Counted from the first letter of the stretch, positions 35,205 to 47,933 are shown. The stretch is DNA of 64,000 bases from Macrostomum lignano (GCA_002269645.1 NIVC01001660.1:1-64000), one strand, 5' to 3'. Numbers and translations: made by a program. Notes: generated by a model not told the origin, from the letters alone.

Positions 35205-36663
35205 ATGACACTTCACGAAGTTGCCATAACCTTGGCAGTGCTGATTTCATTCGCCGACGGTACATCTTTTGTCTTCGACAAGAGGCCGGACTTGTGCCAC
35301 AATGCTGAGACTGCAGCTGACGGTCCGCGCAAACTGCTGGGCGTTGCCGATCCTCGAGTGTGCGCTGTCGAATGCGCGAGCAACACGACTCTGTGCTCAG
35401 TGTATGAGTACTCGCCTAGCAACAGGTCGTGCATTCTTGGAAACAGCTGCGACCTGCTGCTTTTCTGGCAACTCAACGGCGGACCGGCCTGCAAAACGCA
35501 GGTGCTGCGAGGCGCAGCAGACTGTGAGACTGCGTCAGTGACTCCGACTACGACTTCAATTCCGATTACGACTCCCACAATGACTCCTACAACGACCACT
35601 ACGACTCCTACAACGACCACTACAGTTCCGACAACGACCACTACGGCTCCTACAACGACCACAACGACTCCTACAACGACCACTACAGTTCCGACAACGA
35701 CCACTACGACTCCGACAACGACCACTACGACTCCTACAACGACCACTACGACTCCTACAACGACCACTACGACTCCGACAACGACCACTACAGTTCCGAC
35801 AACGACCACTACGACTCCTACAACGACCACAACGACTCCGACAACGACCACTACAGTTCCGACAACGACCACTACGGCTCCTACAACGACCACAACGACT
35901 CCCACAACGACCACTACGACTCCTTCAACGACCACTACGACTCCGACAACGACCACTACGGCTCCTACAACGACCAAAACGACTCCTACAACGACCACTA
36001 CGACTCCGACAATGACCACTACGACTCCTACAACGACCACTACGACTCCTACAACGACCACTACAGTTCCGACAACGACCACTACGGCTCCTACAACGAC
36101 CACAACGACTCCTACAACGACCACTACAGTTCCGACAACCACCACTACGGCTCCTACAACGACCACAACGACTCCTACAACGACCACTACAGTTCCGACA
36201 ACGACCACTACGACTCCGACAACGACCACTACGACTCCTACAACGACCACTACGACTCCTACAACGACCACTACGACTCCTACAACGACCACTACAGTTC
36301 CGACAACGACCACTACGGCTCCTACAACGACCACAACGACTCCCACAACGACCACTACGACTCCTTCAACGACCACTACGACTCCGACAACGACCACTAC
36401 GGCTCCTACAACGACCAAAACGACTCCTACAACGACCACTACGACTCCTTTAACGACCACTACGGCTCCGACAACGACCACTACGACTCCGACAACGACC
36501 ACTACAACTCCTTCAACGACCACTACGACTCCTACAACGAGCACTACAACTCCTTCAACGACCACTACGACTCCGACAACGACCACTCCGGCTACTACAA
36601 CAACCACTTCAGCTGCAACTACGACTCCGGCCACTACGACTCCGGCTCCACTGGCACTAACAG
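35205..36663 (+). CDS. Secreted PAN/Apple-like + long Thr-rich mucin stalk, copy B exon 1
   Basis: Near-identical N-terminus to copy A, about 50 PTTTTT(T/V/A) units, same PAPLALTG end, donor ACAG|GTATGC. Confidence 0.78.
35575..36630 (+). repeat. 21-bp coding tandem repeat (Thr-rich)
   Basis: Unit ACAACGACCACTACGACTCCT with codon-position variants. Confidence 0.95.
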
Positions 36664-37131
36664 GTATGCATAGAAAGAAGTTCAGGTAGCCAAGGTAGAC
36701 GAGTAGAGGAGCTCAACTTTTGCCTATTCACCGTCATAAGAGACAGGCAACCTGCTAAGACAGCAAATATAGGCGCACTTCTGGACTGCGGCCCCTCCAA
36801 TTAAAATTCCTGCGTACGCACTGACCAGCGATCAGTTATCGGTCCCTGTGGCTTCCGTCAGCGACCATTCGTTGGGCCTATTTCTTTCGTACCTGATTAA
36901 TTGAAAATTCTTTTTTTCGTCACGGTTTCTCAAGGGTTCTCAAATATTAATGCAGATCCCATAAAGCAATTTGCATATTTTAAAAGCTCAAACTTCGTAA
37001 TTTTAATCTGTACGTTGCTAAACACTCCGACGTGTGGTCATGATGCATTTTAAATTCGTCTTGATCTGACTTGACTTAGCGACAGGGGTTTCCGGGCATC
37101 CGGATACAGCAGGGAGGGGTCGCCCATTCCG

Positions 37132-37480
37132 CTAACCGCTGGCGACCACGGGCAGCTGGTGCTGGGGTGTCGCGCAGGGAGATGCGGTGTGCCGGTGTCT
37201 CTGTCCGCCGGGAGAGTGGTTCGGTGGGCCTAGCTGCGGTGCGGCACGTGGGAAAGAGCTGGTGAACATGGCGTCCAGCAATTTTCCTGGGTTCTCAGAA
37301 AGCGGGCCATCCGGTCTTTTAATTACTGAGAGAGCTTTGACATTTTTGAGAGTGAGAGCCTCGATCACGCGTCATCACGGGTGGGTGCCTTCTGACTCCG
37401 CGCAGTATTGGCGCCACTTGTCGGACTTGGCTTTCCTCGCTCTTCTTCGTCGCTATTAGTACCCAGAGAGGAACATCACG
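37132..37480 (-). mobile_element. Non-LTR retrotransposon ORF2 linker fragment
   Basis: KWRQYCAESE...LSVIKRPDGPLSENPGKLLDAMFTSSFP resembles the endonuclease-RT linker of LINEs. Confidence 0.4.
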
Positions 37481-37548
37481 AGCACAGAGAGGCAAAACAA
37501 TGGCCTTAAAAGCCAAGACGAGCAGAAAACAAAAAAGGGAAAAAAAAC

Positions 37549-38790
37549 TTAAACCAGCAACGTTAGCAGGAGACGCAAAAGAAAGTAGGTAACGCCGTTA
37601 AAACTGGACATAGACCCCCCCCCCCGAGCAAAGGAAGCAGACGCCGCCACCGCCTGACAGAGCTGCGGCAGGTACCGCTGCACCGCACTGCTCCTCCAGT
37701 CCCCGATGCGCATGACATCCGACACGGGCGGACCCAGCGCCGACACCCAGGTCGCACCCCCCGCCGCAGGCTGTGGGTGGAGAAAAACTCGCGATTGAAA
37801 TTGGCCGCGGCCAGCTTGCTGCTGAGAAAGCGGTCCAGCTGCGGGCCTGTCGGCAGACGCCGGTTGCCTCGGGCATCGCATAACGACCAGAGGGGCTGAT
37901 CGGCCGACACCAGCCGATTCTCACAGATGTGTCGCTTGAGGGCAGCGACAGGACACAGTGCCAGCCGTCGAGCCAGCCTTGGGAGAAAAACCAGATGCAC
38001 GCCGCTCCTTAAACTTGATGGTCTTTCCGAATCGCAGCGCAGGGCAAGGACCCTGGGGTACCTCTGCGTTGCATGAGTGCTCGGCCCTTAGATGTTCGAC
38101 GGAGCAGGTTAGACTTGCGGAGCATAACCGCCAGCAGCAGTTGACTGTCGCCCAGCATGCTAGCTGAAACTTGGCCCCGTCGACTTGGTGCTGCAGATCC
38201 ACCAGCATGAAGAGGGATACCGGCCACTTCTTGGTAGCTGGAAGTTCCAACTCGCGTTTGGCGCCACGTGGAAGCAGTGCCGTGGCAGCATGGTTGGTCA
38301 GGTCTAGCGCAGAGTTGACTCAGAACCAGAGCGACAGGGAGCTGGCCACAGAGGAAACACCGCTGAAGGAGCGCATCCGGGTGCCCACAAGGTCAGCCAG
38401 ATAGTTGAGCAGAGCTACTACAGGACAGTGGACCGAGTCCCAATCAAATTGCCGGCAAAACTCACGCCGACAAATTGTTGGCGCATACGAGGCGCTCAGC
38501 AGCAAGGCGTCGCGGTGGATGAGTGGGTCCGGCGCATCTTGGCGGCCTGTAAATGAAGGGAGGCGGTGGTGGCGGGGCAGAAAGGCATGCATCTGCAGAG
38601 TCGCCAGCGTCCACTGGCACAAAGAAGCATGTCAACGGAGTAAAAAAGTTTAACAACTGGCTAGGCTCATGCAGCCGAGAATTCGAATCCGCAAAAAGCT
38701 GGAACTCGCCCGATATGTGAAAGGCACAAACACTCATCCCAATGCGCAGTCATTGCCTTCCTCTTGAAGGTCTGAGGCCCTGTTGTCCAT
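37549..38790 (-). mobile_element. DIRS-type retrotransposon remnant (tyrosine recombinase plus RNase H tail)
   Basis: LCPVAAL...FSTHSLRRGGAT...IGDWRSSAVQRYL (HxxR and catalytic Y). Upstream HISGEFQLFADSNSR resembles a DIRS RNase H end. Frameshifted. Confidence 0.8.
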
Positions 38791-38955
38791 CCATTTCGAT
38801 TATGTTCTGAGTAGCGGCAGGATTTGAGTGAGAGTCCACCGGAAGTTCCGGTGTTGCAAATGTCTGATCGAGCCGCGGTACCAACCTCGGTTGGCGTTTC
38901 AGCAGCATCAATAGACGTGCTAGAAGTAATTAATATGATAATAATAATTGATTAG

Positions 38956-39253
38956 ACCTATCTAATTGGGCAGATGTGCAACCGACAGCTCAGCCGCAGC
39001 TACTGTGCGGCACATCTGAAGGCTGCGTACGGCTGTTCAGTCCAAGGACTGGGGGGTCGCCACACACAGCCTCAATTACCCCAGCTAGCTATGCTAATGC
39101 TGGCGCCCATTTTACAGCTGGGTGAACTGAAGCAATGCGGAGTCAAGCGTCTTCCTGAAGGACACATATTGTTCCGAGTGGGTCGAGAATCGAACCCCCG
39201 ATTCCAGTCCTACCAATCGTGAGTCCGACGCTCCAACCACTAGACTACAACCC
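38956..39253 (-). mobile_element. tRNA-derived SINE (second copy)
   Basis: Inverted homologue of 24778-25050 with A and B boxes. Confidence 0.85.
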
Positions 39254-40397
39254 CAAATTACAGGAAGCAATTAGAATACTCAATGAGTCGCTGAAAGGCG
39301 AATGCGTACTAAAGGTGAGAGACTGCTAGGCCGTAACCCCAAACCCAACAGCCAGCCAAAAGATAGCGACCGGGGGTGGCCTAAGCCCTTACCGGCCCAA
39401 CCGCTAGCAACCGAGAAGCTCCCCAGCTAAGAGCCCCGCTTGTAGAAACCAGAAGCCGAACCAAAGGTCCACCAGCGCGGTGCTACTCTGGGCCCTCGAG
39501 GGAGACAAGAGGGCTGTCTCCGGAGACTGGGGACTGGTCGCATACCCTGTTAGGTCAGAGGGTGATAACTGTTTCTTAGAGCCGTAACCAGATGTGCCTC
39601 ATAGGCACAAATTCCCTTCCGGGCAAAGCCGGTACCCAAAACGGCCAAGCCAAGGCCACGGATGGGTTGCCGCCGTCAATCCAGCAGCCCTAGAGCTGCC
39701 TTGAACACATGCTGTTCTGGAGTTCCATTTCTATATAATTTAGGGGTTTTTCTTGTTGTCTACTCGTAATTGTACATGCATTTTATCTCTTTAATGTACA
39801 TGAGCCATCCGCTCTCTCTTCTGCTTAACCCACCCCACGTTAAATCTCGTAAAAAGGCACGATATTTTGATTAAGTGCATTTTAGGTGTTTTTTATGCCT
39901 GCGCGAGATCGCAGGATTGGTGAAGGCAAAACCTTTTAAACATCCGATTTTTCTTTGTTTATTTTTTGTTCTGAAAATATTATTCGATTGAACATGTGGG
40001 ATGGGAACGCCTGGGTCAACTTGTGGGTCAGCTTAGAGAGAGTTCTCCCGCCATTCCTGCACGAATGGAGAGGAGTGGGAACGAGATAAAAGAGGAAAGT
40101 AGATTAAAAAGAAAAGAGCTGAGAAGAGGCACCAGCCTTGAGCAGACGGTATAGAGGATTCAAGCACCGGATACAGAGACTTTGCGGTCGGATGTTTGGC
40201 GACCCCTGATTAAAATAGACAAACGCTGCACACGCAATTCGCACAATTCGTTTTAAGCTTTCTCTGCTGCATTCGCGAGATATATGATATTCACACGTTT
40301 TCTAGCTCCAAGCTTCCAAAATTTCCCCTCTGGACTTCCGAATTTCAAATTCAATTTAAATCAATTCAATTTTCTCCTTTGCGACATAAAATTTCAG

Positions 40398-41140
40398 TGC
40401 CAACCTCGGGTTCAAAACAACATGGAACGCCGGTGACCTACACGCCCCCTGTGGACAATGCCTGCTATCGGTTCGAAGCGCGTGGCGCCAAAGGAGGTTC
40501 CGGAAGCGCAGCGGTGGCATGGGGCTATAAAAATTGCCCACTTTATCCTGAACAGCTCTCAGACGTTGACTATTGTTGTCGGAAAACCCGGAAACAATGG
40601 CGATGGCGGCGGCGGCGGAGGCGGCACTTTCGTCTACACGAGTGGCGGCAGTCCCGTCCTGCTGCTGGCGGCTGGAGGAGGAGGCGGTGGAGGAGGCGTC
40701 AGTTCGGCTACAGGCAGCCCTGGAATCAGTTCGACCGGCGGCTGCTCCGGATTGGCCAATCAAAACGCGGGAAGCAACCCGTCCGAAATTAACTGTGGCG
40801 CCGGCGGTGCGGATGGCAATCACCTGGGACTCCACCTGGGGGCAGCCATTGTGGCTCAGTTGGAAGTAACTTGGCAGGAGGTGATGGCGCATCAGGCGGC
40901 TTTGGTGGCTACGGTGGTGGAGGCGGTGGAGGCCGATCAATGGGACCAAATAAGTCCGGAGGCGGCGGTGGCGGAGGCTACTGCGGCGGCTCCGGCGGGG
41001 CGCAAGACAATCCAGGTGGCGGCGGCTCCAGCTATGCAGCTTCTTCAGCCAAGCAAGTTTCAGGATCGGATGGAGGCAACACCGAAGCTGATGGCAAGCT
41101 AGACATATCTATCGTGGCTAGCTCCTTCTGTACACCGTGA
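40398..41140 (+). pseudogene. Copy B exon 2: glycine-rich domain with frameshifts near 40515 and 40812
   Basis: Same acceptor and sequence as 27676-28412. About 2 bases missing at the first site and 1 at the second (possibly assembly error). Confidence 0.7.
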
Positions 41141-42223
41141 TCACCCGATGAAACGCTACCGTGTCAAGGATCACAAAACACATAAAATTCTAGTAACTTT
41201 GTGGCGACTCTTGTAAACTTTAACGACTCAAATGACTGTAATTCGACGTAGAGGCGAATGTGAATTCAGAAACGTGTCATGTGAGTTGTAGCTTCTTAAG
41301 AGTCGCAAAAGAGTCGTCCATGAGTCAATTTTAACAATAAACGCTGTTGGAATGATAAAGGCGCATATTTGAGGGAAAGAGTCAATTTTTGAAGGCAATG
41401 TTTCGTCGATAGACAGAGACGAGTTGGTTTTTACATTTGATTTTAATTGATACGTTCGTGCCAATCACGTGTATTGCAATCGTCGAGAATGCCATGTTTG
41501 CCAGAATGGGAGAAAGGCAGTTGAACTTCCTGGCAGTTTCCTGCCACATATTTGCTTGTAGTTTATTCGTTTTGCACACGGTTTCGCCTTAGAGTAAAAA
41601 TACCGTATTGGTTGTAGACGCGGCTACATCTATCTGTGAACTTTTTTCTCGCTTTTATGGACAATGTTTGTGGACACGCATTTGATTCCAGCTAATCCAC
41701 TCACACTTACAGGCAACTCTGTTGCTTTCAAAGCAAATTTACACACTGTAGGCAGTCAGTCAGTCTCGTGGCTCTTTCCCACTATGCTTTGCTAATGGAA
41801 TGCAATTAAGAAAAAGCTGCATCGTAAAAGTCTTAGTGATAGTTTTTTCCCAGAGACAGACCTGATAGACAGAGGCTCTGCGTTTGATGGACTCGCTCGC
41901 TCAACAAGTCAACATGCCACAGGGGTTATAAAGTTATCGATGAGGACAGCCTTTATTGACCGTTTGTCAAAGCTGAAAAGGCATCCTGGACGAGTCGCTG
42001 TGCTCGCAACACGGTCTGAAGCTTCTGAAAATTTAAAATAAATTTAGATAATTCTCCGGTGTTATACATACGCAGGTTGAAGTTCATGTAAAATTGAGTG
42101 GCGCTACTGTCCACAGCTGACTCGTGCGATCATGACTTAATGCAAATTAAAATAACGAGTTGACTTTCTAATCTGTTGGCGCCTTTTGCTCTTCCTAACT
42201 CCTTTCCTGTCTTGCTAAATATA

Positions 42224-42434
42224 AAAGATGTGTCGCAAATCGGACATGGATTGACGTCACTAATACTTGCGGATTAAGAAGTGTAAACTACCTTAAGCTC
42301 GTGTACCAACCGGCCGAGTTCTACTTCGGCAGGGTGTTCCTCGTTCTGGCGCTGACGTCGGGCACGGTGGTCATCTGCGTGCTGCTGGCCTGGAACAACA
42401 GGACCGCTCGGCGAATGCACTCCGACACGGCCGG
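42224..42434 (+). pseudogene. GPCR copy, portion 5' of the Ginger insertion
   Basis: VANRTW...NTCGLRSVNYLKLVYQPAEFYFGRVFL...HSDTAG, ending at TSD CCGG. Confidence 0.85.
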
Positions 42435-43727
42435 TGTTAGGGTTTCTGCTCTCCGGAGTTAAGGATCTCCGGCCGGCGATCCAACCAAAAAAATTACGCG
42501 ATTTTACAATCGCCCTCACGGATATCAGGAACCATGACATAAGATAAGGTTACAGATCGCCGCCATGCTAGACTCTCCGGAGTATTATTATCTTAGAAAA
42601 TTGGAAGATAAGAGATAAATTACATTTCTCTGTTTTAGAAAGCCCAGCTCGTGAGCAGCCTGTAGCTTGCGCAACTTTTTCGATGAGTTCATCCATCTAG
42701 TGCATCGTACATTTGCATGCCCTGTGAGGGCTAAATTTAGAGTTGGCCAGACTTGTGCATCATTTTTCGTCTCTGTGCATTGTCGAGGGATTTGATTGTC
42801 ATATATAAGCAGTGAAATAAAACATATTGTGAGTAATTGTCTGTTTGCGGTTATCTTTACTTTCTACTTGTCAAATGGCTACTTTGAATCAAATATTCTT
42901 TTATGTACTGAACAATGACTGCGCACAAATTCCTGTTGACTTGAACTCGAGAGAGAAAAGCAATTTGAAGAGGCGCATCAGGTAAAAGAGCAGAAATTTT
43001 AGCATTCACGATGGAGCATTGTTTTACATGGTGAAAAATAAAGATGGCAGTAAGCGCATGCGGCCCGAAGACAGACGCAAGGTGCTGTTTACGAGCAAGA
43101 AGTGCAAGTAAAGGTTTTGAGCCTTCATTCTCAAGGGAGCCATGTTGGCTTGAACAGCACCGTGAGTCTTTTCACGGCAAGGTACTATGGCCGATATACC
43201 TGTAACACCGATTGCCAAAGCTGTGGTTCAGGCGTGTGCGAGGTGCGAAATGGTCAACAAGAAGTTTTCTTCAGCGCAGAAGGAGCTGCATCCCATTGAA
43301 GTTCCAGGAATGCAGAGCGCCTCTTCGGCTTTTTGTGCATGGACTGCATCACAATGGAGGGCTCATCGGAAGTCAGAGTTTAAGGCAATGGCCTAATTGA
43401 CACTCGCGGCTACCGCTAGTGTCGCTAGTGTAGCTACCGCCGCTCGTGTCAAAGGCCATTGCCTTAAACTCTGACTTCCGATGAGCATCATTGCTTAAAA
43501 TTTCAAAACTCTTACGTAATCTACGCACTTTATGTACACTATCGTGAATTCTTATCAGTCGATGCTGCTAAGGGGGTTTGAGATAAGGTTGCCTCCACCT
43601 CGCCTATGTCTCACCTTTAAGTCGCGCACCTGAAGTCAGCCACCCCTTACTCTGCACCCACCCTAAATTAATTAAAAATATAAATATTTGCGTGTCTAGA
43701 GGTCAAATCTCAGATAGAGAAAAGCGG

Positions 43728-45909
43728 ATGGCTGCAGAGATGGAGGCACCGCTTATTAATTGGAAGTATTTGCCCTGCAGTGAGCTGGGCAACGTGACCA
43801 AGGACGAATTAAATTTTGTTTCGGAGGCTTCTTACAATGACAGAAGGGACGACGAGTTCGCTAGATTCTCGAATTCATTCAAAAGGAGCCCGAGCCCGAT
43901 GAGCATCTGCCGCTCCTGCAGGAAGGCGGCGTAGATATCAGCGCCATGGACATCGCCGAGATTGACAGCCTACCAGCAGACAGCAGGAAGCAGATGGACA
44001 GCGGTTCAAGACATTCCTCACAGAGGAAAATCTTCAGCGCAATTTACAAACCATTCCGAATTCGGTGCTCAACCAATACATTCGCTACTTCTACTTTAAA
44101 CTGAAGAAGATTGACGGCGAACCCTACTCGCCCGCATCGCTGGTGTGCATCAGGGCTGGACTGCAGCGCTATTTGCGGATGATCGAGAAGCTAACCGTTG
44201 ACATCATCAATGGAGAAGACTTTTCTTCTGCAAATAGCATGCTGCAGGTTCGAGACTTTCACCAGAGTGTGGGAGGACGCAGCAGTTTGAGCCAATCGAG
44301 GAGGGGGACATGAGGAGCTGATGATCTACTTCCAAGGCAGCACAGCTGAAGTTGAGCAGGACAAATTCTTATTCTACATCATATACAGCTTTGGCGAGCG
44401 AGGCCAGGAGCACCTCAAGTTCTTGAAGGATAGAAGCTCACTTCAATTGCACGTCGACTCTGATGGAAAGCCGTACTACTGTCTGCCTCCGTTGCCCTCG
44501 AAAAATAAGTCAGCAGATCCAGAGAAGGCCAAGAAGCAGCCCGACAACAAGCAGGCCAGAATTTACGACGTGGAAAAGGTGGAGAAATACCTCAAGCTGC
44601 TTCCAGTTACAACGAAGGACAACAATCTGTTTCCTCGTCCTTTGGCCAGCCGCAACGATGGAGGCCCTGTTTTCTCCTCGAAGCAGAACCGTGGAGAGAA
44701 TTATCTGAGTGGCTTATGAGAAACTTGAGTACGAAGGCGGGGATTGCGAAGACCTACAAGGACGACTTAAGTAGAAGGACGGAAACCTCGTTTCTTAGAA
44801 AATTTTTGAAGGCACTTTTTCCCGAAAAAATACACTGCGGAGATAGGAAATTTTCTTTTTCAGCACAAAAATTGCTATAACTTTTGATAGGAGGCAGATC
44901 AGTGTTGATCTTTTGATATGTTGTGCCTTTTTTATTGCTCTATCGATATTTATAAAGCTTTCCGTTCAGAAAATTAGGATTGTATGTTAATTTTTTATTC
45001 TACGTATATTTTCATGTGTCTTGTGCTTGAAATACATTAGAATGCCACGGCTCGGCTCTTTGTTTTATGAGTCTATTTTATCCTTCTTAACTGACTGTAT
45101 AGCAAATAGTCGTAACATAGATGATAAAATAGATTCATAAAACCAAATATTAGAGCTGTGTCATGCATTTTTGTGATTTTTAGATACAGGAAATATCCGT
45201 AGAATAAAAAATTAACATAGAATCCTAATTTTCTGAACGGAAAGCTTTATAAATATCGATAGAGCAATAAAAAGGCACAACATATCAAAAGATCAACACT
45301 GGATCTGCTCCCATCAAAAGTTATAGCAATTTTTTGTGCTGAAAAAATGAAAATTTCCTATCTCCGCAGTGTATATTTTTTCGGGAAAAAGTGCCTTCAA
45401 AAAATTTTCTAAGAAACGAGGTTTCCCGTCCTTCTACTTAAGTCGCCTTGAGACCTACACGAATCATTGCATTCGTAAGACTGATAAATTAATAATAGTA
45501 ACTTTAATTATGTTATGATACATGTTATGTTACCAATTACTCATGAATCCAACTATATAAATTTGCACTCTAAAACAGGGTCACGCGAATATGCGATCTC
45601 GAGGCGGCAGGCACAGAATGAGCGATATAATGAGCATTACTGGACAGCTGAGCGAGCGAACGACTAGGAGGTACCTAGCCAAGCGTCGCGACCGGTCGCT
45701 TTCAAAAGACGAGTGAGTCTGTTCAAGTGGCATTGAATCGTCATGATCTAGAGCAAGAAGCTGCAGCCCCCGAACATGCTGATGCTGTTTGAGATCGTCG
45801 TGAGACTGTAGTATCGACGGAGGTTAGTGTTAGCACTGAAGCTGCCTATTCTGTTGGTACGAAGTTTGCCTTCAACAATTGCACCTTTCACGGATGTTCC
45901 TTTAATTAG
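43728..45909 (+). pseudogene. Crypton (DUF3504-like) tyrosine recombinase, interrupted by a MITE and a probable intron
   Basis: LNQYIRYFYFKLKKIDGEPYSPASLVCIRAGLQRYL; YSFGERG; KAGIAKTY|TNHCIR (HxxR); IMSITGQ..RTTRRY; C-terminal FNNCTFHGCSFN. Confidence 0.78.
44757..45450. mobile_element. Foldback MITE, 694 bp, 7-bp TSD (P/Galileo-like)
   Basis: Termini CAAGG...CCTTG. Arms complementary over most of the length. TSD AGACCTA at 44750-44756 and 45451-45457. Confidence 0.88.
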
Positions 45910-47933
45910 GCATACAATCTTTACTTCTACAGGAATCAGCAAATTGTACTCGTAGAATTACTGAAAGAATAAGAACGACAGTCTAGTATATTATTTTTTA
46001 TTTAATGACTTTTAGTACTTTGCTCGACCAGTATGATGTTCATCACCGACAAAAATTTACATGATATACTGACACTGTGCTTTTTGTACTGTCGATTTTG
46101 CAATTCCTGTGCCAGTTTAATTATTTACATCTTAAAATAAACGTTTTGAATTGACTGATGCAAAATACGCTTTGCAAGATGCTGGATAAAAACTGGCTTG
46201 AATTAATTGGTTGCATTGAAATTGGAATTCTAGGCAATGGCCTGCCATCGCCATGGGTCATTGCCATGAGGAGAAATTTTGGGCAATGCCGACTACCACA
46301 CCAAACGGTTCGAAATATATCCTGACTGTATGCTGCAAGTTTACAAAATTTTCCATTTTTCGGGCGTTGCCGAACATCAAAGCGCTGACTATCGCAGCCG
46401 AGTTAAAAAGCATCTTCGCGCTTTTTGGCTGGCCATTTGTCATTCTCAGCGATCAAGTACGCGAGTTTTGCAACTCTGTCTTGGACGCCCTGCTGCAGTC
46501 CGGAGGAACGAAAAGAAGAGTGACCAGTGTTACTACCCACAGGTAACCTTAACAGTAATGTTTTATGCTTCTGATATTATGTAGCAGTGGTGCATCATTT
46601 TTAAGTACGAGTAAATAACTAATTTTCTCCAGACAAACGGTCAGACTGAGCGCCTCAACCAAACGTGCATTAATCTACTGAGAAAGCGGTGTGATTCTGA
46701 GGAACCAACTAACTGGGATTCCATGCTGAATGATGTTCAACTCGCATACAACAGCCGCCGACATTTGGTGACAGGCTTCTCGCCGTGCAGGTAAAATATG
46801 AAAGTAATAAAGTTTATAGAGAATCAAGTATATTTTATAAAGCATATTTCTATACTGTAGCAGACAATGTTAGTTCATATGCCTCCATTCATCTTTAGAG
46901 CCGCCTTTGGCTTTGAGCCATTGCTAGGCGATCATGCCGCAGCACTGGCTTCGGTTCCGGAGCCGATGGAAATCAACAGGCGATTGCTTGCCAACAAGGA
47001 CAAGAAGCGAGCCGCAGCGCGAAAACTAATTGCGCGTAGAATCAAGATCGCTCAAGAAAAGATGCGACCAAGGACCTTGGATGCGACAGCGTCACTTGGT
47101 TTCGGCTGCTGGAGCTCAAGAGCTAAAGCGAGGAGACAGAGTTCGGCTTCGAAATCTGCGGAGGAATGATCGAAAGGGTGGCAAGATGCGATACACCTGG
47201 AGTCAGCAGGTCTACATCGCGACGAGGTGCCTCGGTCGCAACGTATATCGATTAGGAGGTCTCACTAGACGTGTCAATGGCAGGCATCTCAAGAAGTGCT
47301 TTCTACAAGTACAATGGTTGAGCGAATCTCCAGTTTTTTATTAGAATCGCATGCGGGATTCTGAACTGACAGCACTCGTACGAGTATTTATCAAAGGTTT
47401 CCAGCTCGTATTTTTGCCCTGGTATGGTGCATCACAGCTGCAAAATATACTGGCTACAGTGAAACGTTAAACTACGATCTTACGGAATGTAAAATGTCTT
47501 GAAATGGAAAAAATGACTGACATTGTTAGCGATTTTTACTACCTTTTATGCTTCGATGAAAATTGTTAAACGGTTAAGAGAAGGAAACTACAACAACACT
47601 CGTTGCACGATTACGATTTCGGACTTTATAAAAATGGGGAGATCGGTAACCGGAGATCCTAAACCAAACCTTAGTTTTTGCACTCGTGACGGAGATCGGC
47701 AAACGGTGTAGAATCTCCGAGGGGATAACAGAATCTGGTTTTGCATCTCCGGATAGGGAGACCTGACCATGCCCCGGAGATCCCACAACGGTTACGGATC
47801 TCCGATTGTGGAGATCCCTAACCGTTTGTATTCTCCGAAGGAGATCCTAAACCCTTTAAGATCTCCGGTCGGAGATCCCAGCCCGTTTGCAGTCCAAAAC
47901 TGACCAGAGCCCCGGAGTTTCTAAACCGTAATA

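Larger units (their letters stand above)
43357..46283 (+). mobile_element. Crypton-type tyrosine-recombinase DNA transposon nested in Ginger
   Basis: Flanked by CAATG direct repeats (43352-43356 and 46284-46288). Removing it restores the integrase frame CMDCIT-M-PTTTPNG. Confidence 0.78.
42875..47344 (+). pseudogene. Ginger transposase/integrase: segments 42875-43356, 46289-46542, 46633-46790, 46899-47344
   Basis: H2C2 zinc finger (LHSQGSHVG..RYY..CARC), core MDCITMPT..NGSKYILT, ILSDQVREF, YPQ|TNGQTERLNQT with two GT-AG introns, C-terminal GDRVRLRNLRRNDRKGGK...VNGRHLK. Confidence 0.85.
42435..47933 (+). mobile_element. Ginger-type DNA transposon (gypsy-like integrase with introns)
   Basis: 4-bp TSD CCGG (42431-42434 and 47934-47937). 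Imperfect TIRs TGTTAGGGTTT..CTCCGG / TATTACGGTTT..CTCCGG. Encodes an integrase-like gene. Confidence 0.85.

Noticed and set aside
35213-36634. 473-aa poly-Val ORF
   Set aside because: Antisense shadow of the Thr-rich coding repeat.
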